Assembly (NCBI RefSeq): GCF_035084215.1 | Contig: NW_027139256.1 | Location: 62,001-126,000, forward strand | Length of the DNA: 64,000 bases | Reading direction: 5' to 3' | DNA from: Heptranchias perlo | Taxonomy: Eukaryota | Part shown: piece by piece, positions 1-11,375 of the stretch | Layout: the number at the start of each line of letters is the position of its first letter | Position numbering within the stretch: the stretch's first letter is position 1 | Translations under genes and position numbers: made by a program | Notes under the pieces: model-generated | Told to the model about the DNA's origin: nothing | Databases searched by the model: none | What the model saw: only the letters and a program-made list of their open reading frames with translations

Positions 1-2826
1 AGACTCTGTAGACTGTCGACTATAGTGCGCTGTTTGAATAGACTCTGTAGACTGTTTACTATAGTGCGCTGTTTAAATAGACTCTGTAGACTGTTTACTA
101 TAGTGTGCTGTTTAAATAGACTCTGTAGACTGTTAACTATAGTGTGCTGTTTAAATAGACTCTGTAGACTGTTTACTATAGTGTGCTGTTTAAATAGACT
201 CTGTAGACTGTTTACTATAGTGCGCTGTTTAAATAGACTCTGTAGACTGTTAACTATAGTGTGCTGTTTAAATAGACTCTGTAGACTGTTTACTATAGTG
301 CGCTGTTTAAATAGACTCTGTAGACTGTTAACTATAGTGTGCTGTTTAAATAGACTCTGTAGACTGTTTACTGTAGAGTGCTGTTTAAATAGACTCTGTA
401 GACTGTTTACTATAGTGTGCTGTTTAAATAGACTCTGTAGACTGTTAACTATAGTGCGCTGTTTAAATAGACTCTGTAGACTGTTTACTGTAGAGTGCTG
501 TTTAAATAGACTCTGTAGACTGTTAACTATAGTGTGCTGTTTAAATAGACTCTGTAGACTGTTTACTATAGTGCGCTGTTTAAATAGACTCTGTCGACTG
601 TTTACTGTAGAGTGCTGTTTAAATAGACTCTGTAGACTGTTAACTATAGTGTGCTGTTTAAATAGACTCTGTAGACTGTTTACTATAGTGTGCTGTTTAA
701 ATAGACTCTGTAGACTGTTTACTATAGTGCGCTGTTTAAATAGACTCTGTAGACTGTTTACTATAGTGCGCTGTTTAAATAGACTCTGTAGACTGTTTAC
801 TATAGTGCGCTGTTTAAATAGACTCTGTAGACTGTTTACTATAGTGTGCTGTTCAAATAGACTCTGTAGACTGTTTACTATAGTGTGCTGTTTAAATAGA
901 CTCTGTAGACTGTTTACTATAGTGTGCTGTTTAAATAGACTCTGTAGACTGTTTACTATAGTGTGCTGTTTAAATAGACTCTGTAGGCTGTTTACTGTAG
1001 AGTGCTGTTTAAATAGACTCTGTAGACTGTTAACTATAGTGTGCTGTTTAAATAGACTCTAGACTGTTTACTATAGTGTGCTGTTTAAATAGACTCTGTA
1101 GATTGTTTACTATAGTGCGCTGTTTAAATAGACTCTGTAGACTGTTTACTATAGTGTGCTGTTTAAATAGACTCTGTAGACTGTTTACTATAGTGTGCTG
1201 TTCAAATAGACTCTGTAGACTGTTTACTATAGTGTGCTGTTTAAATAGACTCTGTAGACTGTTTACTATAGTGCGCTGTTTAAATAGACTCTGTAGACTG
1301 TTTACTATAGTGTGCTGTTTAAATAGACTCTGTAGACTGTTTACTATAGTGCGCTGTTTAAATAGACTCTGTAGACTGTTTACTGTAGAGTGCTGTTTAA
1401 ATAGACTCTGTAGACTGTTTACTATAGTGCGCTGTTTAAATAGACTCTGTAGACTGTTTACTATAGTGCGCTGTTTAAATAGACTCTGTAGACTGTTTAC
1501 TGTAGAGTGCTGTTTAAATAGACTCTGTAGACTGTTTACTATAGTGCGCTGTTTAAATAGACTCTGTAGACTGTTTACTATAGTGCGCTGTTTAAATAGA
1601 CTCTGTAGACTGTTTACTGTAGAGTGCTGTTTAAATAGACTCTGTAGACTGTTTACTATAGTGCGCTGTTTAAATAGACTCTGTAGACTGTTTACTATAG
1701 TGCGCTGTTTAAATAGACTCTGTAGACTGTTTACTATAGTGCGCTGTTTAAATAGACTCTGTAGACTGTTTACTATAGTGCGCTGTTTAAATAGACTCTG
1801 TAGACTGTTTACTATAGTGCGCTGTTTAAATAGACTCTGTAGACTGTTTACTGTAGAGTGCTGTTTAAATAGACTCTGTAGACTGTTTACTATAGTGCGC
1901 TGTTTAAATAGACTCTGTAGACTGTTTACTATAGTGTGCTGTTTAAATAGACTCTGTAGACTGTTTACTGTAGAGTGCTGTTTAAATAGACTCTGTAGAC
2001 TGTTTACTATAGTGCGCTGTTTAAATAGACTCTGTAGACTGTTTACTGTAGAGTGCTGTTTAAATAGACTCTGTAGACTGTTAACTATAGTGTGCTGTTT
2101 AAATAGACTCTGTAGACTGTTTACTATAGTGCGCTGTTTAAATAGACTCTGTAGACTGTTTACTGTAGAGTGCTGTTTAAATAGACTCTGTAGACTGTTA
2201 ACTATAGTGCGCTGTTTAAATAGACTCTGTAGACTGTTTACTATAGTGTGCTGTTTAATTAGACTCTGTAGACTGTTTACTATAGTGTGCTGTTTAATTA
2301 GACTCTGTAGACTGTTTGCTGTAGTGCGCTGTTTAAATAGACTCTGTAGACTGTTTACTGTAGAGTGCTGTTTAAATAGACTCTGTAGACTGTTTACTAT
2401 AGTGCGCTGTTTAAATAGACTCTGTAGACTGTTTACTATAGTGCGCTGTTTAAATAGACTCTGTAGACTGTTTACTGTAGAGTGCTGTTTAAATAGACTC
2501 TGTAGACTGTTTACTATAGTGCGCTGTTTAAATAGACTCTGTAGACTGTTTACTATAGTGTGCTGTTTAAATAGACTCTGTAGACTGTTTACTGTAGAGT
2601 GCTGTTTAAATAGACTCTGTAGACTGTTTACTATAGTGCGCTGTTTAAATAGACTCTGTAGACTGTTTACTGTAGAGTGCTGTTTAAATAGACTCTGTAG
2701 ACTGTTAACTATAGTGTGCTGTTTAAATAGACTCTGTAGACTGTTAACTATAGTGCGCTGTTTAAATAGACTCTGTAGACTGTTTGCTGTAGTGCGCTGT
2801 TTAAATAGACTCTGTAGACTGTCTAC
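1..2826 (+). repeat. 39-bp satellite, left arm (unit agactctgtagactgtttactatagtg[t/c]gctgtttaaat); starts before the window
   Basis: Direct tandem periodicity of 39 bp. The 13-aa repeat ORFs are a by-product. Confidence 0.97.
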
Positions 2827-4152
2827 TAAACAGCACACTATAGTAAACAGTCTACAGAGTCTATTTAAACAGCACACTATAGTAAACAGTCTACAGAGTC
2901 TATTTAAACAGCGCACTATAGTAAACAGTCTACAGAGTCTATTTAAACAGCGCACTATAGTAAACAGTCTACAGAGTCTATTTAAACAGCGCACTATAGT
3001 AAACAGTCTACAGAGTCTATTTAAACAGCGCACTATAGTAAACAGTCTACAGAGTCTATTTAAACAGCGCACTATAGTAAACAGTCTACAGAGTCTATTT
3101 AAACAGCGCACTATAGTAAACAGTCTACAGAGTCTATTTAAACAGCACACTATAGTGAACAGTCTACAGTGTCTATTTAAACAGCGCACTATAGTAAACA
3201 GTCTACAGAGTCTATTTAAACAGCACACTATAGTCGACAGTCTACAGAGTCTATTTAAACAGCGCACTATAGTAAACAATCTACAGAGTCTATTTAAACA
3301 GCACACTATAGTAAACAGTCTACAGAGTCTATTTAAACAGCACACTATAGTAAACAGTCTACAGAGTCTATTTAAACAGCACACTATAGTAAACAGTCTA
3401 CAGAGTCTATTTAAACAGCACACTATAGTCGACAGTCTACAGAGTCTATTTAAACAGCGCACTATAGTAAACAATCTAGAGTCTATTTAAACAGCACACT
3501 ATAGTAAACAGTCTACAGAGTCTATTTGAACAGCACACTATAGTGAACAGTCTACAGAGTCTATTTAAACAGCGCACTATAGTAAACAGTCTAGAGTCTA
3601 TTTAAACAGCGCACTATAGTAAACAGTCTACAGAGTCTATTTAAACAGCGCACTATAGTAAACAGTCTACAGAGTCTATTTAAACAGCACACTATAGTAA
3701 ACAGTCTACAGAGTCTATTTAAACAGCGCACTATAGTAAACAGTCTACAGAGTCTATTTAAACAGCACACTATAGTGAACAGTCTACAGAGTCTATTTAA
3801 ACAGCGCACTATAGTAAACAGTCTACAGAGTCTATTTAAACAGCGCACTATAGTAAACAATCTACAGAGTCTATTTAAACAGCGCACTATAGTCGACAGT
3901 CTACAGAGTCTATTTAAACAGCGCACTATCGTAAACAGTCTACAGAGTCTATTTAAACAGCGCACTACAGTAAACAGTCTACAGAGTCTATTTAAACAGC
4001 ACACTATAGTAAACAGTCTACAGAGTCTATTTAAACAGCGCACTATAGTAAACAGTCTACAGAGTCTATTTAAACAGCGCACTATAGTAAACAGTCTACA
4101 GAGTCTATTTAAACAGCGCACTACAGTAAACAGTCTACAGAGTCTATTTAAA
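2827..4152 (-). repeat. 39-bp satellite, inverted right arm
   Basis: The same unit appears reverse-complemented after the junction ...tctgtagactgtctac/taaacagcacactatag... Confidence 0.97.
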
Positions 4153-4479
4153 CAGAGTCTCTGCAAACTACAGCAAACATAATTCTAGACCAAAGCAGTG
4201 GGATTACTTCTCCCGCCACGCAAAAGGCAGTGAGTGGCGGGTCGTTCCAGAATACAAATTATGTGCGTAAGATCAATCCCAGTCACTTGCAAGTGATTGC
4301 CAGGGGAGAATTACCCAATCATCTCCATTCTGGCCGGGAACTGCGGTGTCACTATATGCAGCCTACTTAACCCCAGTCAGAAAACCTCTTTCCAAAGTTT
4401 AGACCGGAGCCACACGGTCTCGAGGCCACGTGGATTGGGGGGTGGTCGGGACTCAACAACAGGTCACCGAGGCGAGGCG

Positions 4480-5135
4480 TGATCAGCTTCTCGTTACGGT
4501 TTAAGGCGCACTCGGAGCACTGTGAACAGCTCTGGTCTCCATTTCACGTAAAGGGTATCGAGGCACGGGAGGAGGTGCAAACAAGATTCACACTGACGAT
4601 ACCAGAACCGAGAGGTGATAACTATCAGGGAAGATCGACGAGGCTGGGGCTCGTTTCTCTCGGGGGGGGGGCTTTGAAATTACGAAGGGGTTCGATCGGG
4701 TAGAGACGTAGATGTTTTCACTTGTGGGGGAGACCAGGACTAAGGTCCAGGGCATCGGCCCGGGGTGCACGTGGCGGGCCCCGTGAACGAGCCATCCTAT
4801 TAATCCCGCTCTCCCCGCTCTTGCAGAATCATACAGCACCGAGGGAGCCCAATCAGCCAGTCGTGCCTTAAATCCGAGATGGTCACTCATAAATCCCAAT
4901 CGGGAATTCAGGGGAAACTTCTTTCCCCAGAGAGCGGTGAGAATGTGGAACTCGCTCCCACAAGGAGTAGTCGAGGCGAATCGTGGGGATGGATTTAAGG
5001 GGAAGCTCGATAAACACATGAGGGAGAAAGGAATAGAAGGATATGCTGATAGGGGGAGATGGAGGAGGCTCGCGTGGAGCACGGACCTGTTGGGCCGAAC
5101 GGCCCGTTTCTGTGCTGCACATTCGATGTAAATCT
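4480..5135 (+). mobile_element. Degraded CR1 LINE fragments (ORF2 3' end and 3' UTR)
   Basis: Encodes H(S)EHCEQLWSP and RMWNSLPQGVVEA motifs, followed by a gggccgaacggcccgtttctgtgctg 3' end. Confidence 0.8.
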
Positions 5136-5137
5136 AC

Positions 5138-5431
5138 GTGCCTGTGCCAGCTCTTTGAGAGGGCTGTCCGACGAGTCCCACTCCCCTCGCTCTTAGAGAA
5201 TCACACAGTGCAGAAGGCGGCCGTTCGGCCCATCGTGCCTGTGCCAGCTCTTTGAGAGGGCTGTCCAATTGGTCCCACTCCCCTCGCTCTTATAGAGAAT
5301 CACACAGCGCAGAAGGCGGCCGTTCGGCCCATCGTGCCTGTGCCAGCTCTTTGAGAGGGTTGTCCAATTGGTCCCACTCCCCTCGCTCTTATAGAGAATC
5401 ACACAGCGCAGAAGGCGGCCGTCCGGCCCAC
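5138..5431 (-). repeat. ~99-bp tandem triplication of a CR1 3' terminus
   Basis: gtgcctgtgccagctctttgagaggg...gaatcacacag..cagaaggcggccg is repeated about three times. Confidence 0.8.
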
Positions 5432-5557
5432 CGACAGACACGTGACGGGCGTCTACGGTGCTCCCGACAAAGGCCTTTCCCAACCTGCCGCGTCAAGGAC
5501 AGGCCGCCTTCACCTCTCTCTCGCCGCAGAGAGTCCGCGCGGGTTCAGGCGCGTTAC

Positions 5558-5685
5558 CTGGCGGGTGGTAGCGATCTCCGAGGCACCCATCCCACGCGCT
5601 GTCACTGTCCTCGTCTGAATCGGAATACGCCTGGACTAACTGCAGGCCTGTCGCCCCGCCACCGTGCACCAGCCTCACCTGACCC
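5558..5685 (-). CDS. DCAF11: DCAF11/WDR23 coding exon 2 (GQVRLVHGGGATGLQLVQAYSDSDEDSDSAWDGCLGDRYHPP)
   Basis: The peptide resembles the recalled vertebrate DCAF11 N-terminus (GQVRLVQGGG...DSEEE..AWDGRLGDRYNPP). Acceptor is tttcccccccccgcag| and donor is cag|gtaac. Phase 2 joins correctly to exon 1. Confidence 0.92.
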
Positions 5686-5857
5686 CTGCGGGGGGGGGAA
5701 AGAGAGCACAGCGAGAAAAAAACAAAAAGGAAGATGGGTTGGAGGGGAACGACTGCCTCGTTCGACGCTCGTCGGGCGCGCCCCGATCTTACCGCACAGG
5801 GCCGGCCGCACGCGTACTCGCGACCTGGACAGCTGCCTGGAGATATCGCCGCTTCCT

Positions 5858-6290
5858 CGGGACAGGAGGAGGCCATTCAGCCCCTCGTGCCTGCTCCGCC
5901 ATTCGATAAGATCATGGCTGATCTGTGATCTAGCTCCATATACCTGCCTTTGGCCCGTATCCCTTTGGTTGCCAAAAAGCTATCTATCTCAGATTTAAAT
6001 TTAGCAATTGAGCTAGTATCAATTGCCGTTTGCGGAAGAGAGTTCCAAACTTCTACCACCCTTTGTGTGTAGAAGTGTTTTCTAATCTCGCTCCTGAAAG
6101 GTCTGGCTCTAATTTTTAGACTGTGCCCCCTACTCCTAGAATCCCCAACCAGCGGAAATAGTTTCTCTCTCTCCACCCTATCCGTTCCCCTTAATATCTT
6201 ATAAACTGCCATCAGATCGCCCCTTAACCTTCGAAACTCCAGAGAACACAACCCCAATTGGTGTAATCTCTCCTCGTAACTTAACCCTTC
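5858..6290 (-). mobile_element. CR1 LINE 3' fragment
   Basis: ORF 5877..6323 reads LSYEERL..LGL.SLEFRRLRGDL...FYTQRVVEVWNSLP, followed by a CR1 3' UTR. Confidence 0.9.
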
Positions 6291-6623
6291 CTCGAGGAGG
6301 TTACTGCCTGAAAAAATAATCACACCGAGGTATCCATTTTGACTTTATGACTTAACGGAAGGATCTCGAGCTCGTGACTCAAGTCGGCCGATGCACGGCT
6401 TTATAACGACGGGAGTGTTACACCGTGCACAGCGGATTCTTCAGTCGCTCAAGTGCCTAAAGTGGCCTGTCCCCTTAAGGCCGCAAGGTCCAACGGTCGT
6501 AACTGAACAGAACCCGAGGTTACAGCCGAAATTCCGCCTGGCATCGATGGCTGAACGGCCTCCCGCTGGCAGTTTGATTCCAGAAGAGCAGGAGGGTGGG
6601 ACTAATTCGATAGCTCTCAAGAC

Positions 6624-6885
6624 CGGCCTCTTGCGCGTCCCCCCCTCCCCCCGATTTTAATCGCTCCACCATTTGGCGGCCGTGCCTTCAGCTGCCCGGG
6701 GCCCTGAGCTCTGGAATTCCCTCTCTGAACCTCTCCGCCTCTGTCTCTCTCCTCCTTAAAACCTCCTCTTTGACCGAGCTTTTGGTCACCTGTCCTAATA
6801 TCTCCTCATGTGACTCGGTGCAATGTTGATTTCGTTACGCTCCTGTGGGGTGCCCTGGGGACGTGTTACTACGGTAAAGGCGATG
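6624..6885 (+). mobile_element. L2-type LINE 3' end
   Basis: ggcggccgtgccttcagc...ctctggaattccctc (GRAFS..LWNSLP); the same family occurs at 43.1 kb and 61.5 kb. Confidence 0.75.
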
Positions 6886-7194
6886 GGTCGGAAGGGAACG
6901 GTGAATGACGACCTTTCCTTTCTGTAGACTTGTAACGTAAGGCCAGTGAGGGTTTTTTTTTTACATGGACCAGCGGAGCATTGCTCGTGGGTCGTTCCAG
7001 GGCCCGGTGTTTGGCTGCCAACGTGGCCTGTGCCTTTAAGAACACTGCCCGAAACAGCCACGGTCTGGTCCTCGAACTGCAGCTATCGATCGGAGGGCAG
7101 GTGGAACCTGCACCGTCCAGGTCATAACCCTGAAATACCCTCGCCTAAAACCCATCGATCTCAGTTTGGAAATTATCGATCGATCCCCCCCAGC

Positions 7195-7473
7195 ATCAAC
7201 ATTTGGGGGGGGGGGCGGGGGGAAAGAGAGAGTTGCAGATCCCCACTCCGCTTTGTGTGAAGTGCTTCCTGACATCACCCCTGAACGGCCCGGCTCGAAT
7301 TTACCCCCTTCCTTGTTCTGGACTCCCCCCACCAGAGGAAATAGGTTTCTCTCTATCGACCCGATCGAATCCTTAATCATCTTAAACCCCTCGATTAGAT
7401 CACCGATTAATCTTCTACACTCGAGGGAATACAAGCCGAGTCTGTGCAACCTGTCCCTCGTAATTTAACCCTT
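7195..7473 (-). mobile_element. CR1 fragment
   Basis: LHRLGLYSLECRRLIGDLIE motif in ORF 7036..7449. Confidence 0.8.
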
Positions 7474-7474
7474 T

Positions 7475-8150
7475 GGGGGGGGGGGGGGGCAGGGGGACTG
7501 TCGGCGGGGGGGGGGGAGAGGGGGGACTGTCGGCGGGGGGGAGGGGGGGGACTGTCGGCGGGGGGGAAGGGGGGGACTGTCGGCGGGGGGGGGGGGGAGG
7601 GGACTGTCGGCGGGGGGGGGGGGGGGGGAGGGGGACTGTCGGCGGGGGGGGGGGGGGAGGGGGGGACTGTCGGCGGGGGGGAGGGGGGGGGACTGTCGGC
7701 GGGGGGGAGGGGGGGGACTGTCGGCGGGGGGGAGGGGGGGGACTGTCGGCGGGGGGGAGGGGGGGGACTGTCGGCGGGGGGGAGGGGGGGGACTGTCGGG
7801 GGGGGGGGGGGGGGTGGAGGGGGTTGTCGGGGGGGGGGGAGGGTGGTGGGGGGGGGGGGAGGGGGACTGTCGGCGGGGGGGGGGGGGGGGGAGGGGGACT
7901 GGTCGGCGGGGGGGGGGGGGGGGGGAGGGGGACTGTCGGGGGGGGGGGGGGTGGGAGGAGGGTGGACTGTCGGCTGGGGGGGGAGGGGGACTGTCGGCGG
8001 GGGGGAGGGGGAGGGGGACTGTCGGCGGGGGGGGGGGGAGGGGGACTGTCGGCGGGGGGGGGGGGGGGGACGGGGGACTGTCCGGGGCGGGGGGGGGGGA
8101 GGGGGGCTGTCGGCGGGGGGGGGGGGGGGGGGGGGGACTGTGGCGGGGGC
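7475..8150 (+). repeat. G-rich minisatellite (ggactgtcggc core plus long G runs) in DCAF11 intron 1
   Basis: About 20 actgtcgg cores are separated by G homopolymers. Confidence 0.9.
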
Positions 8151-8240
8151 GCAGGCGGGGAAGGAGGGGGGGAAGGCGCGGTCAATCGGACCGACCCTCG
8201 AGGCCCTGTCCCCCCCCCCGGGGGTGCCCCCCGCCCTCAC

Positions 8241-8485
8241 CTGCGGAGGAGGTAGGCCAGCACCTCGGCCAGGTTCACGTCCTCCTCCTGATCCTGATCC
8301 TCCCTCCTGCCGCCGCCGCTCCCCGCGCTGGCGGACCCGCCCGGCCGCCGCCGCCGCGCCGCCTCCTCCTCACCGCCGCCTCGCCTGCTCCCTCTCCCCC
8401 GGCCGCCGTCTCCCGGTTCCCCCTCACCCGGGGACCGAGCGCCGCCGCCGCCGCCGAGCCCGAGCTCGAGCTGCGCGAGCCCCAT
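8241..8485 (-). CDS. DCAF11: DCAF11/WDR23 coding exon 1 (...EEDVNLAEVLAYLLR)
   Basis: The EDVxLAxVLAYLLRR motif is characteristic of DCAF11. ATG is at 8485-8483 and the donor is cgcag|gtgag at 8240. The exon lies in a CpG island. Confidence 0.9.
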
Positions 8486-8559
8486 CGGTTACTATGGAGA
8501 TCCCGGGGACCGGGCCGGCGCTCCTTGTTGTTGTTGTTGAGTTTGTTGTTGTGAACGGG

Positions 8560-9027
8560 GAGGGGCTTAAAGAGGGGGGGAGGGGCCAACTTGTTGCGTG
8601 CGTTGCGCGCGCGACACACCAGAGGGGGAGGGGACACCCACAACCAATCGCCGCGAGTCTCTCTCTCCGAATCCCACACGCATCCAATCGCGGCGGGTGT
8701 CTCTCTCGCTCTCTCCTGAATCCCACCAACAAGTGTGCTCGAAGCGTCAGCAACCAATCGCTGCGTTTGTCTCTCTGCCGACGCCACACGCGACCAATCG
8801 CTGCGTTTGTCTCTCTGCCGACGCCACACGCGGACCAATCGCTGCGTTTGTCTCTCTGCCGACGCCACACGCGACCAATCGCTGCGTTTGTCTCTCTGCC
8901 GACGCCGCACGCGACCAATCGCCGCGCGCGTCTTTCTCTCTCCCCTAACCCCCGCAACGCAACCAATCGCCGCGCTCGTCTCTCTCCCCTAACCCCCACA
9001 ACGCAACCAATCGCCGCGAGCGTCTCA
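8560..9027. promoter_or_regulatory. DCAF11 CpG-island promoter with about nine CCAAT boxes, including four copies of a 40-bp unit
   Basis: ccaatc occurs at about 8644, 8684, 8754, 8794, 8835, 8875, 8915, 8963 and 9007. The unit is accaatcgctgcgtttgtctctctgccgacgccacacgcg. Confidence 0.75.
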
Positions 9028-9227
9028 NNNNNNNNNNNNNNNNNNNNNNNNNNNNNNNNNNNNNNNNNNNNNNNNNNNNNNNNNNNNNNNNNNNNNNNNN
9101 NNNNNNNNNNNNNNNNNNNNNNNNNNNNNNNNNNNNNNNNNNNNNNNNNNNNNNNNNNNNNNNNNNNNNNNNNNNNNNNNNNNNNNNNNNNNNNNNNNNN
9201 NNNNNNNNNNNNNNNNNNNNNNNNNNN
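9028..9227. other. Assembly gap (200 N)
   Basis: N run. Confidence 1.
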
Positions 9228-9237
9228 TGGTGGAACC

Positions 9238-9352
9238 GTCCGCGCAGGCGCTGTGTGAGGATGATTGCCGGGTAGAACTGGCCGCGCAGGCGCTGTGTGA
9301 GGATGATTGCCGGTTAGAGCCCGTCGCGCAGGCGCAGGCAGAGGATGATTGC
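9238..9352 (+). promoter_or_regulatory. Three ~44-bp repeats with NRF1-like GCGCAGGCGC; likely the downstream part of the ZNF-A promoter
   Basis: gcgcaggcgc...gaggatgattg matches 62502-62526, downstream of module P8. Confidence 0.5.
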
Positions 9353-9354
9353 CT

Positions 9355-9592
9355 TGGGTCCAAAACCACCAGGTCCCTGGGATTTGTCCACCTTCAGTTG
9401 GAGGAAGTTCTTCAGTCCCATGTCTGTGTCAATAATAACCTCCACTAACAGTTCCCCACCCACCTCTGGTGGTTCGACAATCCCAATATCCACCTCCTGG
9501 GTGAACACCGGGGCCGAGTTCTTATTTAGCATCTTTTGTCGTTCCCCGACTCCTCACTTACACACTCGCCTCCCTCATCCCTTAGCGGCCCT
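9355..9592 (-). mobile_element. Ancient antisense CR1 ORF2 relic in the ZNF cassette intron (also at ~13.8, 19.1, 33.5, 47.8, 58.0 and 62.8 kb)
   Basis: Reads LNKNSAPVFTQE...LQLKVDKSxGPGG on the minus strand, the CR1 EN-RT linker region. Confidence 0.8.
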
Positions 9593-9595
9593 GCC

Positions 9596-9936
9596 GAGAT
9601 TACGAAAGGGTTCGATCGGGTAATCGTAGAAAAAAAATGTTTCCAGTTGCGGAGGAGACCCGAATCAGGGGGGCCATCAATATAAGAGAGTCACCAATCA
9701 ATCCAGTCGGGAATTCAGGAGAAACTTCTTCACCCAGAGAGCGGTGAGAATGTGGAACCCGCTCCCACAAGGAGTAGTTGAGGCGAATAGTGTAGATGGA
9801 TTTAAGGGGAAGCTCGATAAACACATGAGGGAGAAAGGAATAGAAGGAGATGCTGATAGGGTGAGATGGAGGAGGCTCGTGTGGAGCATAAACACCGGCA
9901 TGGACCTGATGGGCCGAACGGCCTGTTTCTGTGCAG
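9596..9936 (+). mobile_element. CR1 3' fragment inserted into the relic
   Basis: NFFTQRAVRMWNPLPQ followed by a 3' UTR. Confidence 0.85.
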
Positions 9937-10163
9937 TGACTCTCCTCCTCTTGCAATTGTGCCTTCAGAAAGCCTTTTTATTGCTCTTTGAGGCAAGATT
10001 AGCGAATAAAAAAATAAGTGCTCCCTCTTACCTTTTCCAAACTCGTTTTACAGCGTTTTAGAAGTGGAAGATTTGCAGGCGGGAAGCTGAATTAAAACAT
10101 CACGTCACGATCCGAAGGAATCGCTCGATTCATCAGGGACCTGAATATCATCATCCTTTGCAC

Positions 10164-11375
10164 ATGGAAGGAGAGAGCGCCGATCGCAGCCCGGACAAAC
10201 CACACGCGTGTTCCGTGTGTGGACGAGGATTCAGCCGATCGCCCACCCTGGAGAGGCACATGGGCAGCCACACCGGGGAGGGACGGTATCAGTGTGGGGA
10301 CTGCGGGAAGGGGTTCCGACAGCCGTACAAGCTGTCGAGGCACGTGAGCAGCCACACCGGGGAGGAGCCGTGTGAATGCGGGGACTGCGGGAAGGCATTC
10401 AGTTGTCCCTCCGAGCTGGCAGTTCATCGGCGCAGCCACACCGGGGAGAGGCCGTTCGGCTGCTCCGACTGCGGGAAGAGGTTTCGGAGCTCGTCCCAGC
10501 TGCTGAAGCACCGGAGAACGCACAGCGGAGAGCGGCCGTTCACCTGCTCCGCGTGCGGGAAGAGATTCGCTCAGTCGTCCGACTTGCTGAAACACGAGAG
10601 GATTCACACCGGGGAGAGGCCGTTCGCCTGCTCCGTGTGCGGGAGGGGATTCGCTCAGTCGTACAGCCTGCTGATACACCAGAGGATTCACACCGGGGAG
10701 AGGCCGTTCGCCTGCTCCGTGTGCGGGAGGGGATTCGCTCGGTCGTCCGACCAGCTGAAACACCAGCGTCTCCACACCGGGGAGAGGCCGTTCACCTGCT
10801 CCGAGTGCGGGAGGGGATTCACTCAGTCGTCCAAGCTGCTGACGCACCGGCGGGTTCACACCGGCGAGAGACCGTTCACCTGCCCGGCCTGCGGGAAGGG
10901 ATTCACTCAGTCGTCGGCCCTGATGAAACACCAGAGAATTCACAGCGGGGAGAGGCCGTTCGCCTGCTCCGTGTGCGGGCAGCGATTCACTGAGGCGTGC
11001 CACCTGCTGACGCACCAGCGGGTCCACACCGGGGAGAGGCCGTTCCCCTGCTCCGTGTGCGGGAAGGGGTTCGCCCGGACAGCCAATCTGCTGAAGCACC
11101 AGAGAATTCACACCGGGGAGAGGCCGTTCGTCTGCTCCGAGTGCGGGAAGGGGTTCACTCAGTCGTCCAAGTTGGCGGTACACAAGCGAGTTCACGCCGA
11201 TGAGAGGCCGTTCTCCTGCTCCGTGTGCGGGAAGGGGTTCACTCAGTCGTCGGCCCTGCTGAGACACCAGCGGGTCCACACCGGGGAGAGGCCGTTCCCC
11301 TGCTCCGTGTGCGGGAAGGGATTCGCTCGTTCGTCCACCCTGCGGAAACACCAGCGGGTTCACGCCGGGAAGTAG
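10164..11375 (+). CDS. C2H2 zinc-finger protein A (14 fingers)
   Basis: Fourteen CxxC-x12-HxxxH repeats with TGERP-type linkers. Acceptor ttttacag| at 10053, ATG at 10164. Confidence 0.92.
   Translation: MEGESADRSPDKPHACSVCGRGFSRSPTLERHMGSHTGEGRYQCGDCGKGFRQPYKLSRHVSSHTGEEPCECGDCGKAFSCPSELAVHRRSHTGERPFGCSDCGKRFRSSSQLLKHRRTHSGERPFTCSACGKRFAQSSDLLKHERIHTGERPFACSVCGRGFAQSYSLLIHQRIHTGERPFACSVCGRGFARSSDQLKHQRLHTGERPFTCSECGRGFTQSSKLLTHRRVHTGERPFTCPACGKGFTQSSALMKHQRIHSGERPFACSVCGQRFTEACHLLTHQRVHTGERPFPCSVCGKGFARTANLLKHQRIHTGERPFVCSECGKGFTQSSKLAVHKRVHADERPFSCSVCGKGFTQSSALLRHQRVHTGERPFPCSVCGKGFARSSTLRKHQRVHAGK

Noticed and set aside
25-4182. Long Cys/Arg/Leu-rich or QSLFKQ repeat ORFs (345-808 aa)
   Set aside because: A 39-bp unit with one stop-free frame on each strand produces these automatically. 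They are broken by 2-bp deletions, cross the inversion and have non-ATG starts.
4271-4298. Short palindrome tcacttgcaagtga and a ~20-bp inverted match to ~32697-32716
   Set aside because: Too short to interpret; probably a fragment of an unidentified dispersed repeat.
4190-4480. Possible DCAF11 exon 3
   Set aside because: I found no minus-strand reading resembling the expected VD.TPDT..L continuation. The exon is presumably left of the window.
7407-9258. Pro-rich and Gly-rich ORFs (extensin- or formin-like)
   Set aside because: These are translations of a G-homopolymer repeat, a CpG island and an N gap.
10092-11363. Long antisense ORFs opposite the ZNF exons (also 30239-31075, 34640-35431 and others)
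   Set aside because: Expected shadow of GC3-rich C2H2 repeat codon usage; there is no independent support.
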